A stretch of 52,315 bases of DNA from a virus (lineage: Duplodnaviria > Caudoviricetes). The stretch lies in the IMG/VR virus record IMGVR_UViG_3300023435_000020, positions 1-52,315 of that record, one strand, 5' to 3'. The notes beneath the pieces are model-generated. The model was not told where the DNA came from. It did not search any database and worked only from the letters and a program-made list of their open reading frames with translations. Positions 19,486-27,310 of this stretch are shown here, one piece after another. A program made the translations under genes and the position numbers. The first letter of the stretch is position 1. Every line of letters starts with the position of its first letter.

Positions 19486-19944
19486 TCATGCCTTGAATAT
19501 GCGCGCGCGAAGTTCCGTTGATTGCGGGCACTCATTCCCGATAACAGACGGCGGCAGTGAAAACGCTAGGGCGACGCCGCCCGTATCCGCATCGACTTGC
19601 CCAGGATAGCAAGGGGAACACAACGCGCCTCTAATGCGCCAGTCCGAAGCGGTTACCTGTATGTTGCCCGTGCCGTACGACACAATGGCACTGTATTCAG
19701 CCATGCTATTGTGCTCATACTTCTCGGTTTCTTGACACCACACGTGCCCAATCAGGAAAACAGGCGTATCATCTTCATACGTGCCAGTGTCTTCGATGCC
19801 TGGATTATCCCGCAGGTAATCTTCAAAGTGCATGTCAATCCCCGCGTCACACTCTTCGTGTATCCATGCCGCGTTCTGAATCGCGAATACACCGGTGGTA
19901 GGGATATCCGAATCAAGCGGTATCCCGTAGTGATTGCGTCTCAT
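19486..19944 (-). CDS. Hypothetical phage protein (CSPCYPG motif)
   Basis: ATG 19944 after the conserved leader. Confidence 0.7.
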   Translation of the reverse strand: MRRNHYGIPLDSDIPTTGVFAIQNAAWIHEECDAGIDMHFEDYLRDNPGIEDTGTYEDDTPVFLIGHVWCQETEKYEHNSMAEYSAIVSYGTGNIQVTASDWRIRGALCSPCYPGQVDADTGGVALAFSLPPSVIGNECPQSTELRARIFKA

Positions 19945-20039
19945 TATCGTGAATCCTCCGTTTGTGTGTATTAGGCATAAATGCCTGCCCTTGCCCGCAC
20001 AACCCGCTTCCACGGCATCACACGGGCATTGACAGGGAT

Positions 20040-20189
20040 TCAGAGAGAGAACACAAGGAACCCTTCGCTTGAATTGTGCTTGGTTTCGATAAGCATGCCG
20101 TGCCGTCGATGCCATATCCCGCCAAAGTTCTCATGCCATGCAAGCGTCAAGGTCATACCAAAGGGTAGCGTGATGTATACGGGCATCAT
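20040..20189 (-). CDS. First gene of the leftward operon (49 aa)
   Basis: Read by hand: MMPVYITLPFGMTLTLAWHENFGG...; directly after the conserved leader. Confidence 0.55.
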   Translation of the reverse strand: MMPVYITLPFGMTLTLAWHENFGGIWHRRHGMLIETKHNSSEGFLVFSL

Positions 20190-20264
20190 TCAATCCTCCG
20201 TTTGTGTGTCGATAAGCTCACTTGATGCCTTGCCTGCTGTCAAGTTATGCCATACCGTGACTGA

Positions 20265-20293
20265 ATACTACCATGCTTTTGTGGTGGTGTCAA
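20265..20293 (-). promoter_or_regulatory. Sigma70-type promoter of the leftward operon
   Basis: Minus strand: TTGACA, 17 bp, TAGTAT, with extended TG. Confidence 0.8.
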
Positions 20294-20982
20294 GCGGGTA
20301 GGAGAAGATTCTTGAAAAAGTTTCCCCATGCCCGGCATACCCTATTAGTACGCGACCGATTCCCGCGCGCCTACCCGCACGGCTGTACTGTCACCAAGCC
20401 GGACACGCACGGGATGAGACTGAATGAGGGTAGGGAATGAATCGACGTGAACCAGAGAGTGAGCGTAGTACTGCCGCCAGTGGGCTTGACGGCGCGCCTA
20501 CCCGCCTCTCGTGCACGCGCCAGCCTGCCCGCCGAAGCACTTCTGATAATATCCATTATCGGAAGCCGTGAGCACCCTGGGGCAAATCCCATGCCGAGCA
20601 CGCGTCGGGCACGGGCAGGTCAGCTCACAGTGCACCCTAATTCCGTGTGAAAAAGGGCGGGTTTCCCCCAATGCGGGTGGATTAGGCAGTGAGGTGCTAC
20701 GGTTCGTTACGGTTTTGCGGGGTTAGGCGTGACGGCGGGTGGATTCGGGCCGGATATTGTACTGTTGGCGGTACGTCGGGGGTGATTCCTGTACTGCCAC
20801 CGAGGATCGGGGCTTATTTGCGGCACAGGGGCGGGATTATGGGTGGGTTTCTGTACTGTTGGCGAGGATTCGTCACGGGTTGTAACGGTTCTTGCGGGTT
20901 AGGGGTAGCGGGGGTGTGTACCGGTGGCGAGGCGGGGTTTGGGGCCGTGCTACGGTTTGCTACTTTTTTCTTGGGAAAGGGG

Positions 20983-21012
20983 TTGCGTTGTCGTGGGTGG
21001 TTATGGTATAGT
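20983..21012 (+). promoter_or_regulatory. Probable promoter of the rightward accessory operon
   Basis: TTGCGT, 18 bp, TATAGT, with extended TG. Confidence 0.5.
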
Positions 21013-21059
21013 GTGGTGGTGCGTGTATGGGCAAGCGGGATCGGAACAGGAGGGTCCGG

Positions 21060-21812
21060 ATGAGCGCACAAACGAAGAGGATTAAGAAGATGGAGAAGAC
21101 GGTCAAGGATCACGCCAGGCTACACGAACTGGACAACATCGTGTTTGCGACAATGCAGGAGGAAATCGAGGTTCTGGCGCGGCACATCGGAGGGCTTGCG
21201 GATACGGCCGGCGAGGTTGCTGCCGGACTGAACAAGCGGCTGGTGGACGTCGAAGAGGACGAGAAGATCGGGAAGCAGTGCATCAATCTTCTCGTAGATG
21301 CCATGGAAACGGAACTTGCCTGCAAGGCGTGCCAGGCTCCTCCCGACCCCCCGCGTGATGTGCTGTCGGTATGCAAGTGGAAAGAGACGGCGTGCCCGGA
21401 GTGGCACGATAGCACCGGTTGGGTGCCGAAGAACCTGCGCAAAGGAGATCTCATCGGCCAACATGGAAACTCCTCGGCTTGGCGTGTCATAGCGGCCACC
21501 CGCAAGAGGATATCCTTCCAAGGTGGGCGGAGTGGGGATAGCGACTCGCTGTATACCAACGAACGGAATGAAATGGCGAGCCTCGACCTCTACCTTATCG
21601 CACGCGCGGAACTGCACAGTATCGTGCACATCGGAACGCAACTCAGGGATAGGCATAGCCCTACTGTCACCTGGCATGTTATCGAGATCAACGGCCGCAA
21701 GAATGAGGAGTGCATCGAGGTAAACAACGGGCTGATTACAAAGACTATTCGGCCCGAGGACTACCACCACTGGGAGAGCGTTGGGGACAGAAAGATAAGG
21801 AGCAAGGTATGA
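21060..21812 (+). CDS. Hypothetical protein with N-terminal coiled coil
   Basis: AGGAGG SD before ATG 21060; alternative start 21027. Confidence 0.65.
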   Translation: MSAQTKRIKKMEKTVKDHARLHELDNIVFATMQEEIEVLARHIGGLADTAGEVAAGLNKRLVDVEEDEKIGKQCINLLVDAMETELACKACQAPPDPPRDVLSVCKWKETACPEWHDSTGWVPKNLRKGDLIGQHGNSSAWRVIAATRKRISFQGGRSGDSDSLYTNERNEMASLDLYLIARAELHSIVHIGTQLRDRHSPTVTWHVIEINGRKNEECIEVNNGLITKTIRPEDYHHWESVGDRKIRSKV

Positions 21813-22366
21813 ACACGACGTATGAAGTTGGTTCGTTGATCGTCGAGCAGATAATGGGCACGCGGCCTGTGGCGTGCGAGGGATTGGATGATTTGGCGCA
21901 GGAATGCGGGCTGCCAGAGCAGGCTGTAATCACCACTGCTGGCAAGCGGGTACAGAAGGCGATTGATGCGGGCTATCGCAAGCTGGCGGATATCTACTAC
22001 CTCGATAGGTTCATGTTGACCCAGAGCGACCTAGACGATTTCGTTGCGGGGAAGCTCGCGTTGGAAATGGTCGGGCAGGTCGAGATCTCTAGCGAGTGGC
22101 GTTTCCTGTGGTTCCGCGGCAAGGGGACACGAAAGGAAGCACGCCACTATCTATGTGTCATAGCCACCCGCTACAACCGCAAGCCCATGCCTGCCCACGT
22201 TCTGCTCAGTTACAAACAGGCAAACCAGAGCGGGTTGTTTGACATGATCACGGTCTGGGGGCGGAATGCCGAAACCGACCCGTATGTAGTCGGCATCATA
22301 AAGAGGTGCAAGACGTGGCACTACTTCCTGATCGACCAATGGGATGAGGACGAGGAACTTCAGTAG
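21809..22366 (+). CDS. Hypothetical phage protein
   Basis: ATGA overlap. DPYVVG...YFLIDQWDE C-terminus. Confidence 0.7.
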   Translation: MNTTYEVGSLIVEQIMGTRPVACEGLDDLAQECGLPEQAVITTAGKRVQKAIDAGYRKLADIYYLDRFMLTQSDLDDFVAGKLALEMVGQVEISSEWRFLWFRGKGTRKEARHYLCVIATRYNRKPMPAHVLLSYKQANQSGLFDMITVWGRNAETDPYVVGIIKRCKTWHYFLIDQWDEDEELQ

Positions 22367-22394
22367 ATCCGGTGAGGAGAGGGGTGATATCGAG

Positions 22395-22664
22395 ATGATC
22401 GAGATGGGCGTAAAGGCACGGGATGTGGTGTCGAAGTACACAGGGATAGTGATGGGCCGGACGGAGTATGTGTTCGGGTGCTCCCGTGTTCTGATCCACG
22501 CTGAGGAGACGCGGGACGGGAAGCCGGTAGACGGCTACTGGTTCGATGAGCCGCAGGTAGAGGTCATTGGGCCGAGCGTGCTCGCGTCGCAGACTGCTGT
22601 TCCGCCGGCGCCGCGTGGCGGTCCGGCACCGGACCCGGCGCGACGGGCAGATCCGGCGAGGTAG
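22395..22664 (+). CDS. Hypothetical phage protein
   Basis: GVKARDVVSKYTGIV...YVFGC...WFDE...GGP pattern, GAGG-type SD. Confidence 0.7.
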   Translation: MIEMGVKARDVVSKYTGIVMGRTEYVFGCSRVLIHAEETRDGKPVDGYWFDEPQVEVIGPSVLASQTAVPPAPRGGPAPDPARRADPAR

Positions 22665-22677
22665 GTCTTTCGATTTG

Positions 22678-22896
22678 TCGGGCTTGCGTTGTCTACTGCA
22701 ACAAGCCGATGCTCCTTGGCGCAGGCCCGGCATTCAGTTTCCCGATCCGGCGGGATGTGTCTCGCGGGCGCACGTTAAACTGCCCGCTGTCGGGGGCGAC
22801 CGGATATTGCCCTTGGTGGGATCTTCGGGTTCCACAAGCCGGGGGCTGGCATCTCCCCGCAAGGGTTGAGTGTAAGTCCGGTTTCCCCGCCAAAGG
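22678..22896 (+). ncRNA. Candidate structured intergenic RNA
   Basis: At least 6 hairpins, including C(UUCG)G and GCAA tetraloops; closing stem CCTTGGCG/CGCCAAAGG. Confidence 0.45.
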
Positions 22897-22912
22897 TTGG
22901 AGGAAGTAACGG

Positions 22913-23293
22913 ATGGTCGAGGTTAAGTTTTTCGAGGTTCGGGACAAAGGGACGTTTATCCCTGTGGTGTGTCTCTACGGCAACATGGTAGAGACAGAGG
23001 AACCGGAGCGGTGGCTACTGGCGCGCGCCGGATGGGGCGAGGATCAGACGTTCTGCTACCTGGCTCCGCTTACCGGCCGGAACGAGATACACTACGATCC
23101 CTACAAGTGGCAGGGGTCGCGGACGTTTGCCGTGGCGCATGAGCACATCCGGGAGAACTGGGGTGAACTGGAGAATGGATCGGTGATCGACGTGGAGTTC
23201 ATTCTGGGGCTCACGGATGCCCCGAAAGAAAGCGAGCGGCACACAGATCCGTTGTCATTCATGATAACAACCAGTAGTGAAACGGAGGAGTGA
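22913..23293 (+). CDS. Hypothetical phage protein
   Basis: GGAGG SD. EVRDKGTFIPV...YDPYKW...G.VIDVEFILG. Confidence 0.75.
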   Translation: MVEVKFFEVRDKGTFIPVVCLYGNMVETEEPERWLLARAGWGEDQTFCYLAPLTGRNEIHYDPYKWQGSRTFAVAHEHIRENWGELENGSVIDVEFILGLTDAPKESERHTDPLSFMITTSSETEE

Positions 23294-23667
23294 TGATTAC
23301 TTGGCTGAAGGAATGGTGGGACATCAATGTAGTTGCGCCGCGAGTTGCCCCATTGGCCTATCGGTTGGTCTGTTGCCTTGCCAAACGCGTCCCTCAGCAT
23401 GGGAGGCAGGAGTTGAGATGCGGAGACGATCTGCGCGTTCAGGTTGATGGGAAGTGGTCGTTGAACGAGGTAACGCGCGTTACCTGGGCAGGGCACATCG
23501 TTCTGGAGCAAAAAACAGGTGGGTTGGGCGGGAACTCCATAGTCCGGTTCCACTCAGGAGAATGGATCGGCCAACTGATGCGTTACAAGAAAACCGTCCA
23601 GAAGAATGAACGCACGTTGCGTGCGCCGTGCCTGGCCAAGGGACGGTCGAAAGACGCCTACCAATGA
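23290..23667 (+). CDS. Hypothetical protein
   Basis: GTGA overlap with the upstream gene and GGAG SD. Confidence 0.55.
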   Translation: MMITWLKEWWDINVVAPRVAPLAYRLVCCLAKRVPQHGRQELRCGDDLRVQVDGKWSLNEVTRVTWAGHIVLEQKTGGLGGNSIVRFHSGEWIGQLMRYKKTVQKNERTLRAPCLAKGRSKDAYQ

Positions 23668-23824
23668 GGTTTGTGCCCCTGCGGTGCTGCGATATGAAGC
23701 GCGCCCGGAGGTCTGAGTCGGACGCCGGGGGGATACGGAGCGGGAGTTCTGTGCGACTCGACGGTAAACCGCTCTAAGCCGGGGAGGGGCCGGCCAGGGG
23801 CAGCTGTTTTTTTGGAGACTGACG

Positions 23825-24010
23825 ATGAGCAAAGATGATCCTTATCACGACATAAAGGTCTATCACAAGGCGGCGCAGGTGAACGCAAAGGGCGAGGCGT
23901 CGGCGCTGTGCTTCAAGCGTCCTAGACCAATCAATTTGCGCGTTGCATGTTGGACCAACCGATGGGAGGCAGTAACGTGCCCGAAGTGCTTGAGACTGAA
24001 ACCTGAATAG
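23825..24010 (+). CDS. Small zinc-finger protein
   Basis: H...ALC...VTCPKC pattern, GGAG SD. Confidence 0.6.
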   Translation: MSKDDPYHDIKVYHKAAQVNAKGEASALCFKRPRPINLRVACWTNRWEAVTCPKCLRLKPE

Positions 24011-24143
24011 TAGATGTGGGCGGCGCCCGAGTGAAGGCCCGGCGCCAAGTGCATGCGGTGGCGATACATCACCCGCGGGAACCGTTCCGGGCGTAGTAGG
24101 TTCTCCGCCGCCCACTGGGGTTTGTTGGAGACGGGAGGTTGCG

Positions 24144-24719
24144 ATGACGGTGATTGAGGCGGCAAAGAGATCAGTAGGGCAGGCACGGTCTTTGCGGTTT
24201 TTCCGCGAGGTCGAACTCGGGGAACGCAGTCCGCGCGGGTTTGGACTTGCGTATCGGAAGATCGACAGCCTGAGTGTGATCTGTTGCCCGGTGCCGTTCA
24301 ACTGGATCGTGTGGCTTATCCGGGAGGCGTATTGGCACTTGTGGCGGGGTCCGCGCGGCGGGTTCGCGAGCGAACTTCGCAAACTGGCCACTAAGAAGGC
24401 GGACACTGCATACCGCGAGGGGTATCGTAACGCGATGAAAGAGATGGGCTTGCGAGATCTGACACCTGAGATAGTCGATGTCTGGGATGCGGATACCCGG
24501 ACGAAAGAAGGGCGGGCACACAAGTCAAAACAAGTCACCGCAATAACCGCCAGTCACCCGAACGTGATGAGGTTTGCGCACGAGATGTTGCTGACGAGAC
24601 ACAAGAACGGGTTCGTGCATATCAGGCATGCCGAGGCCGCTGTTGCGGCGGTGATCTATGAACTCGAACGGGCAAACGAGAAGCCGCCATTTGAGATACA
24701 GGAGGAGAATCAGGGATGA
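24144..24719 (+). CDS. Hypothetical protein
   Basis: GGAGG SD; ATGA overlap with the clamp gene. Confidence 0.6.
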   Translation: MTVIEAAKRSVGQARSLRFFREVELGERSPRGFGLAYRKIDSLSVICCPVPFNWIVWLIREAYWHLWRGPRGGFASELRKLATKKADTAYREGYRNAMKEMGLRDLTPEIVDVWDADTRTKEGRAHKSKQVTAITASHPNVMRFAHEMLLTRHKNGFVHIRHAEAAVAAVIYELERANEKPPFEIQEENQG

Positions 24720-25849
24720 GCGTAACACTGAATGCGAGGACTTTGCACCGTTGCCTGAAGCGCGTAAACGTGCTGTTTCCAAGGATGTCCAGTCTGCCGG
24801 TTCTGGACCACGTGCTCTTGAGCACGGAAGGCGACTGCGATTTTGTTATGCGACGCACCGATCTGTCCGCGCAGGTCATGGGGCGGATACCGTGCAATGA
24901 GGTCAGCGGAACACTTGATCCGGTTTGCGTGCCCGCCGATATGCTCCGGCGGGTTATAGCGGGGCATAAGGGAGACGTCGAGATCGGCGCGGACGTGGAC
25001 AATGGCGTGGAACTGAAGATCGGGAGCATGCGGCATGTGTTGTATGGGCGCCCCGTTGATGAGTTTCCGAAATACGTGGATGCCGGGGATATGTCCGTTC
25101 GCTACAAGCACCTGATCCGCACCTTGAGGCCCGTTCTTGTGTCTATGTGCCCGCCCTGTGACAGCCGGGTGCTACTGAACGCAGTGCTGTTCGATTTCAA
25201 CAACGTGCAAGTACTATCGACCGACACACACCGACTGCACATGAACAGTCTCCACCCGAGAGAACAGCCTTCGGAGGCGTGGGGCGGGCGGCACGTCGTG
25301 CCGGGAGATGTGTGCCAGAATCTCGGGAGTGTGCTTGGTGTCAAGGATAACGATCCGGTCTGCATCACCATCGGCGAAAAGAAGCAGTTGGTGTCGTTCA
25401 GCGCGCCGAACTGGGAGGTCCTTACGCGATTGATCGAAGGCACATATCCAAATCCGGGCAAGGTGATCGAGGGCGTGATGCAGACGCCCGGACACTGGAT
25501 TGTCGATCCCTGCGAACTCACAGGTGCCTTGATGGGTCTGTCTGTGATCGCCCGCGGCAACAGCGATGGTGTCGAGTTTGTCGCAAAGGGCCAAAAGCTG
25601 ATACTGACTACGCGCTCACCAGTGTTCGGCGAAAGCGAGTGCGAGGTCGATCTGCTGGAAGCCGGCGGCATCGGCGAGGGCATGCGCACCAAGTTCAGCT
25701 ATAGGTATTTGCGGGATGCCATGCAACCGCTTCTGGGCAGCAAGCAGATCCGGATCTCGCTGAAAGGGAAGCAGGACCAGGCGTTTGTGACCGCGCCCGA
25801 GAACCGGGACTACATGGCGGTCGTGATGCCGATGCAGATAGCGGAGTGA
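24716..25849 (+). CDS. dnaN: Second beta-clamp paralog
   Basis: LPVLDHVLL, RTDL, DEFP, SRVLLNAVLF, STDTHRL, RLIEGTYPN, FSYRYLRDAM, VVMPMQ. Confidence 0.85.
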   Translation: MSVTLNARTLHRCLKRVNVLFPRMSSLPVLDHVLLSTEGDCDFVMRRTDLSAQVMGRIPCNEVSGTLDPVCVPADMLRRVIAGHKGDVEIGADVDNGVELKIGSMRHVLYGRPVDEFPKYVDAGDMSVRYKHLIRTLRPVLVSMCPPCDSRVLLNAVLFDFNNVQVLSTDTHRLHMNSLHPREQPSEAWGGRHVVPGDVCQNLGSVLGVKDNDPVCITIGEKKQLVSFSAPNWEVLTRLIEGTYPNPGKVIEGVMQTPGHWIVDPCELTGALMGLSVIARGNSDGVEFVAKGQKLILTTRSPVFGESECEVDLLEAGGIGEGMRTKFSYRYLRDAMQPLLGSKQIRISLKGKQDQAFVTAPENRDYMAVVMPMQIAE

Positions 25850-25853
25850 TGTA

Positions 25854-26234
25854 ATGAAGAACGAACTTACGGTTGCTAATATTGCCGAAAACATGAGTTG
25901 TGGCCCTGAATCGCCGGTCTATCCGACGCGCAAGGATGCTCTGGACGCATTGGTGTTGTCCGCCTCCTGCAAGCGGATTCCGATCCAGGATATCCCCATT
26001 GTGTCCGGGCCTCCGGCATTGAGGAATGGGGTGTTTCGGAAGCCGGAGTGGTATTGCCTGGAGATCTGGATGCAGGGGAAACGGACACACGTGGTGTCCT
26101 ATGAGATGTACAAGTATTCCAGTCTCAACCCTGCGGTCCTGTTCTATTCCATGCTCAAGCCGCTGATGGATACGCCGAGGAAGGTAGTGTTGGTGGGGCA
26201 GACACTCTACCCATGGACGGGGAGACTCATTTGA
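25854..26234 (+). CDS. Hypothetical protein
   Basis: Fills the gap between the clamp and methyltransferase genes. Confidence 0.55.
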   Translation: MKNELTVANIAENMSCGPESPVYPTRKDALDALVLSASCKRIPIQDIPIVSGPPALRNGVFRKPEWYCLEIWMQGKRTHVVSYEMYKYSSLNPAVLFYSMLKPLMDTPRKVVLVGQTLYPWTGRLI

Positions 26235-27310
26235 ATGGCCTTTCTCTTTGTGCCGGAATTGGCGGGCTCGAACTGGGACTTAGGCTCGCTCTCGGCGCTC
26301 GGTATCGAACTGTGTGCTACGTCGAACGGGAAGTCTCAGCCGCGTGCATGCTCGTGGCGAGGATGGCGGACGCGGCCCTGGATTCGGCTCCTGTATGGGA
26401 CGATCTCACGACATTCGATGGCCGAAGATGGAGTGGAGTCGTGGATATCATCACTGCGGGGTTTCCGTGTCAGCCATGGTCCGTTGCCGGAGAGCGGCGG
26501 GGAACCGAAGATGAGCGGTGGGTCTGGCCGGAGATTGCACGTATCATTCGCGAGGTGGAACCCGGAATCGTCTTCTTGGAAAACGTGCCCGGTCTTGCCA
26601 ATGGCGGGGTTGGACACGTTCTTGGCGACCTGGCCGAAGCGGGGTTCGATGCGGAATGGGATCTCGTTTCGGCTGCCGAATGTGGCGCGCCACACAAACG
26701 GGAACGGCTCTTCATCCTGGCCTACAGTGCGGGCGCACGAGGTCGGGGACTACCAGAAGCAGAGGGACGGAACGACACAGCGGACGTTGACGGGTGTATC
26801 CCGGATGTGGATGACTCCGAATACTCCCAACGGCGGGCGGTCAATGTCTGCGGAGGATGTGGAACGCAAGGGTGCGACATCGGTGGGCAAGCGGCAAGTG
26901 GGCCTCGAATCGCAGACTCGGTTCTGGCCGACGCCGAAGACACCGACGGGCGGACCAGAGGGCCGCGTGTCGCTCGCGACACGCGGGAGCGGCGGAGAGG
27001 ACTTGCAGGCGACGGCGAAGACTTGGGCAACGCCTCTGGGCAGGGACTCGAAGGACGGGAACGGCAATGCGCCGACGAACTCCCACCTTTCCCGCCAGGC
27101 CCCACGGACACCGATGCCTGGGGAGGAGTGCTCGAACTCGACCCGACGCTTGAACCCGCGATTTGTGATGTGGCTGATGGGGTTCCCGCCGGGGTGGACT
27201 TCTCTCGCACCGATCGACTCCGGGCCGGCGGGAACGCAGTCGTTCCAATCGTGGCGGCGAAAGCATTTGTCGCTCTTGCGGAGAGGGCGGGGATAGGTAT
27301 TGATGATTGA
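26213..27310 (+). CDS. C5-cytosine DNA methyltransferase, main chain (motifs I-VIII and X)
   Basis: LSLCAGIGG, AGFPCQPWS, FLENVPG, PHKRERLF, GNAVVP. Confidence 0.9.
   Translation: MDGETHLNGLSLCAGIGGLELGLRLALGARYRTVCYVEREVSAACMLVARMADAALDSAPVWDDLTTFDGRRWSGVVDIITAGFPCQPWSVAGERRGTEDERWVWPEIARIIREVEPGIVFLENVPGLANGGVGHVLGDLAEAGFDAEWDLVSAAECGAPHKRERLFILAYSAGARGRGLPEAEGRNDTADVDGCIPDVDDSEYSQRRAVNVCGGCGTQGCDIGGQAASGPRIADSVLADAEDTDGRTRGPRVARDTRERRRGLAGDGEDLGNASGQGLEGRERQCADELPPFPPGPTDTDAWGGVLELDPTLEPAICDVADGVPAGVDFSRTDRLRAGGNAVVPIVAAKAFVALAERAGIGIDD
26235..27296 (+). CDS. Overlapping +1-frame ORF, probable second subunit of the C5 methyltransferase (motif IX region); true start uncertain
   Basis: 353 codons open within the methyltransferase gene. 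TWPKRG, WPTV/WMTP/WPTP/WATP repeats, LNPRFVMWLMGFPPGWT. Confidence 0.7.
   Translation: MAFLFVPELAGSNWDLGSLSALGIELCATSNGKSQPRACSWRGWRTRPWIRLLYGTISRHSMAEDGVESWISSLRGFRVSHGPLPESGGEPKMSGGSGRRLHVSFARWNPESSSWKTCPVLPMAGLDTFLATWPKRGSMRNGISFRLPNVARHTNGNGSSSWPTVRAHEVGDYQKQRDGTTQRTLTGVSRMWMTPNTPNGGRSMSAEDVERKGATSVGKRQVGLESQTRFWPTPKTPTGGPEGRVSLATRGSGGEDLQATAKTWATPLGRDSKDGNGNAPTNSHLSRQAPRTPMPGEECSNSTRRLNPRFVMWLMGFPPGWTSLAPIDSGPAGTQSFQSWRRKHLSLLRRGRG

Larger units (their letters stand above)
17581..20209 (-). repeat. Dispersed 17-nt leader/RBS repeat ACACACAAACGGAGGAT
   Basis: Exact copies at 17581-17597, 18567-18583, 19409-19425, 19953-19969 and 20193-20209; variants at 18897-18910 and 15067-15082. Each sits 3-8 nt before an ATG. 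Confidence 0.92.

Noticed and set aside
17581-20209. CRISPR array interpretation of the 17-nt repeats
   Set aside because: Spacing is irregular (240-990 bp), the intervals are whole genes, and each repeat contains an SD. No cas operon is present.
14160-20209. Classical integron (recombinase plus cassette array)
   Set aside because: The repeats lack RYYYAAC...GTTRRRY attC ends, and the 300-aa recombinase shows no IntI-specific insertion that I can recognise.
20238-20243. Second leftward promoter at an inner TTGACA
   Set aside because: No acceptable -10 hexamer 16-18 bp downstream.
20371-21113. Short ORFs in the divergence region
   Set aside because: Low-complexity G/P-rich translations with no SD; better explained as non-coding DNA.
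22665-24143. tRNA or tmRNA genes in the structured intergenic gaps
   Set aside because: No T-loop (GTTCRA) in a cloverleaf context and no CCA acceptor end.
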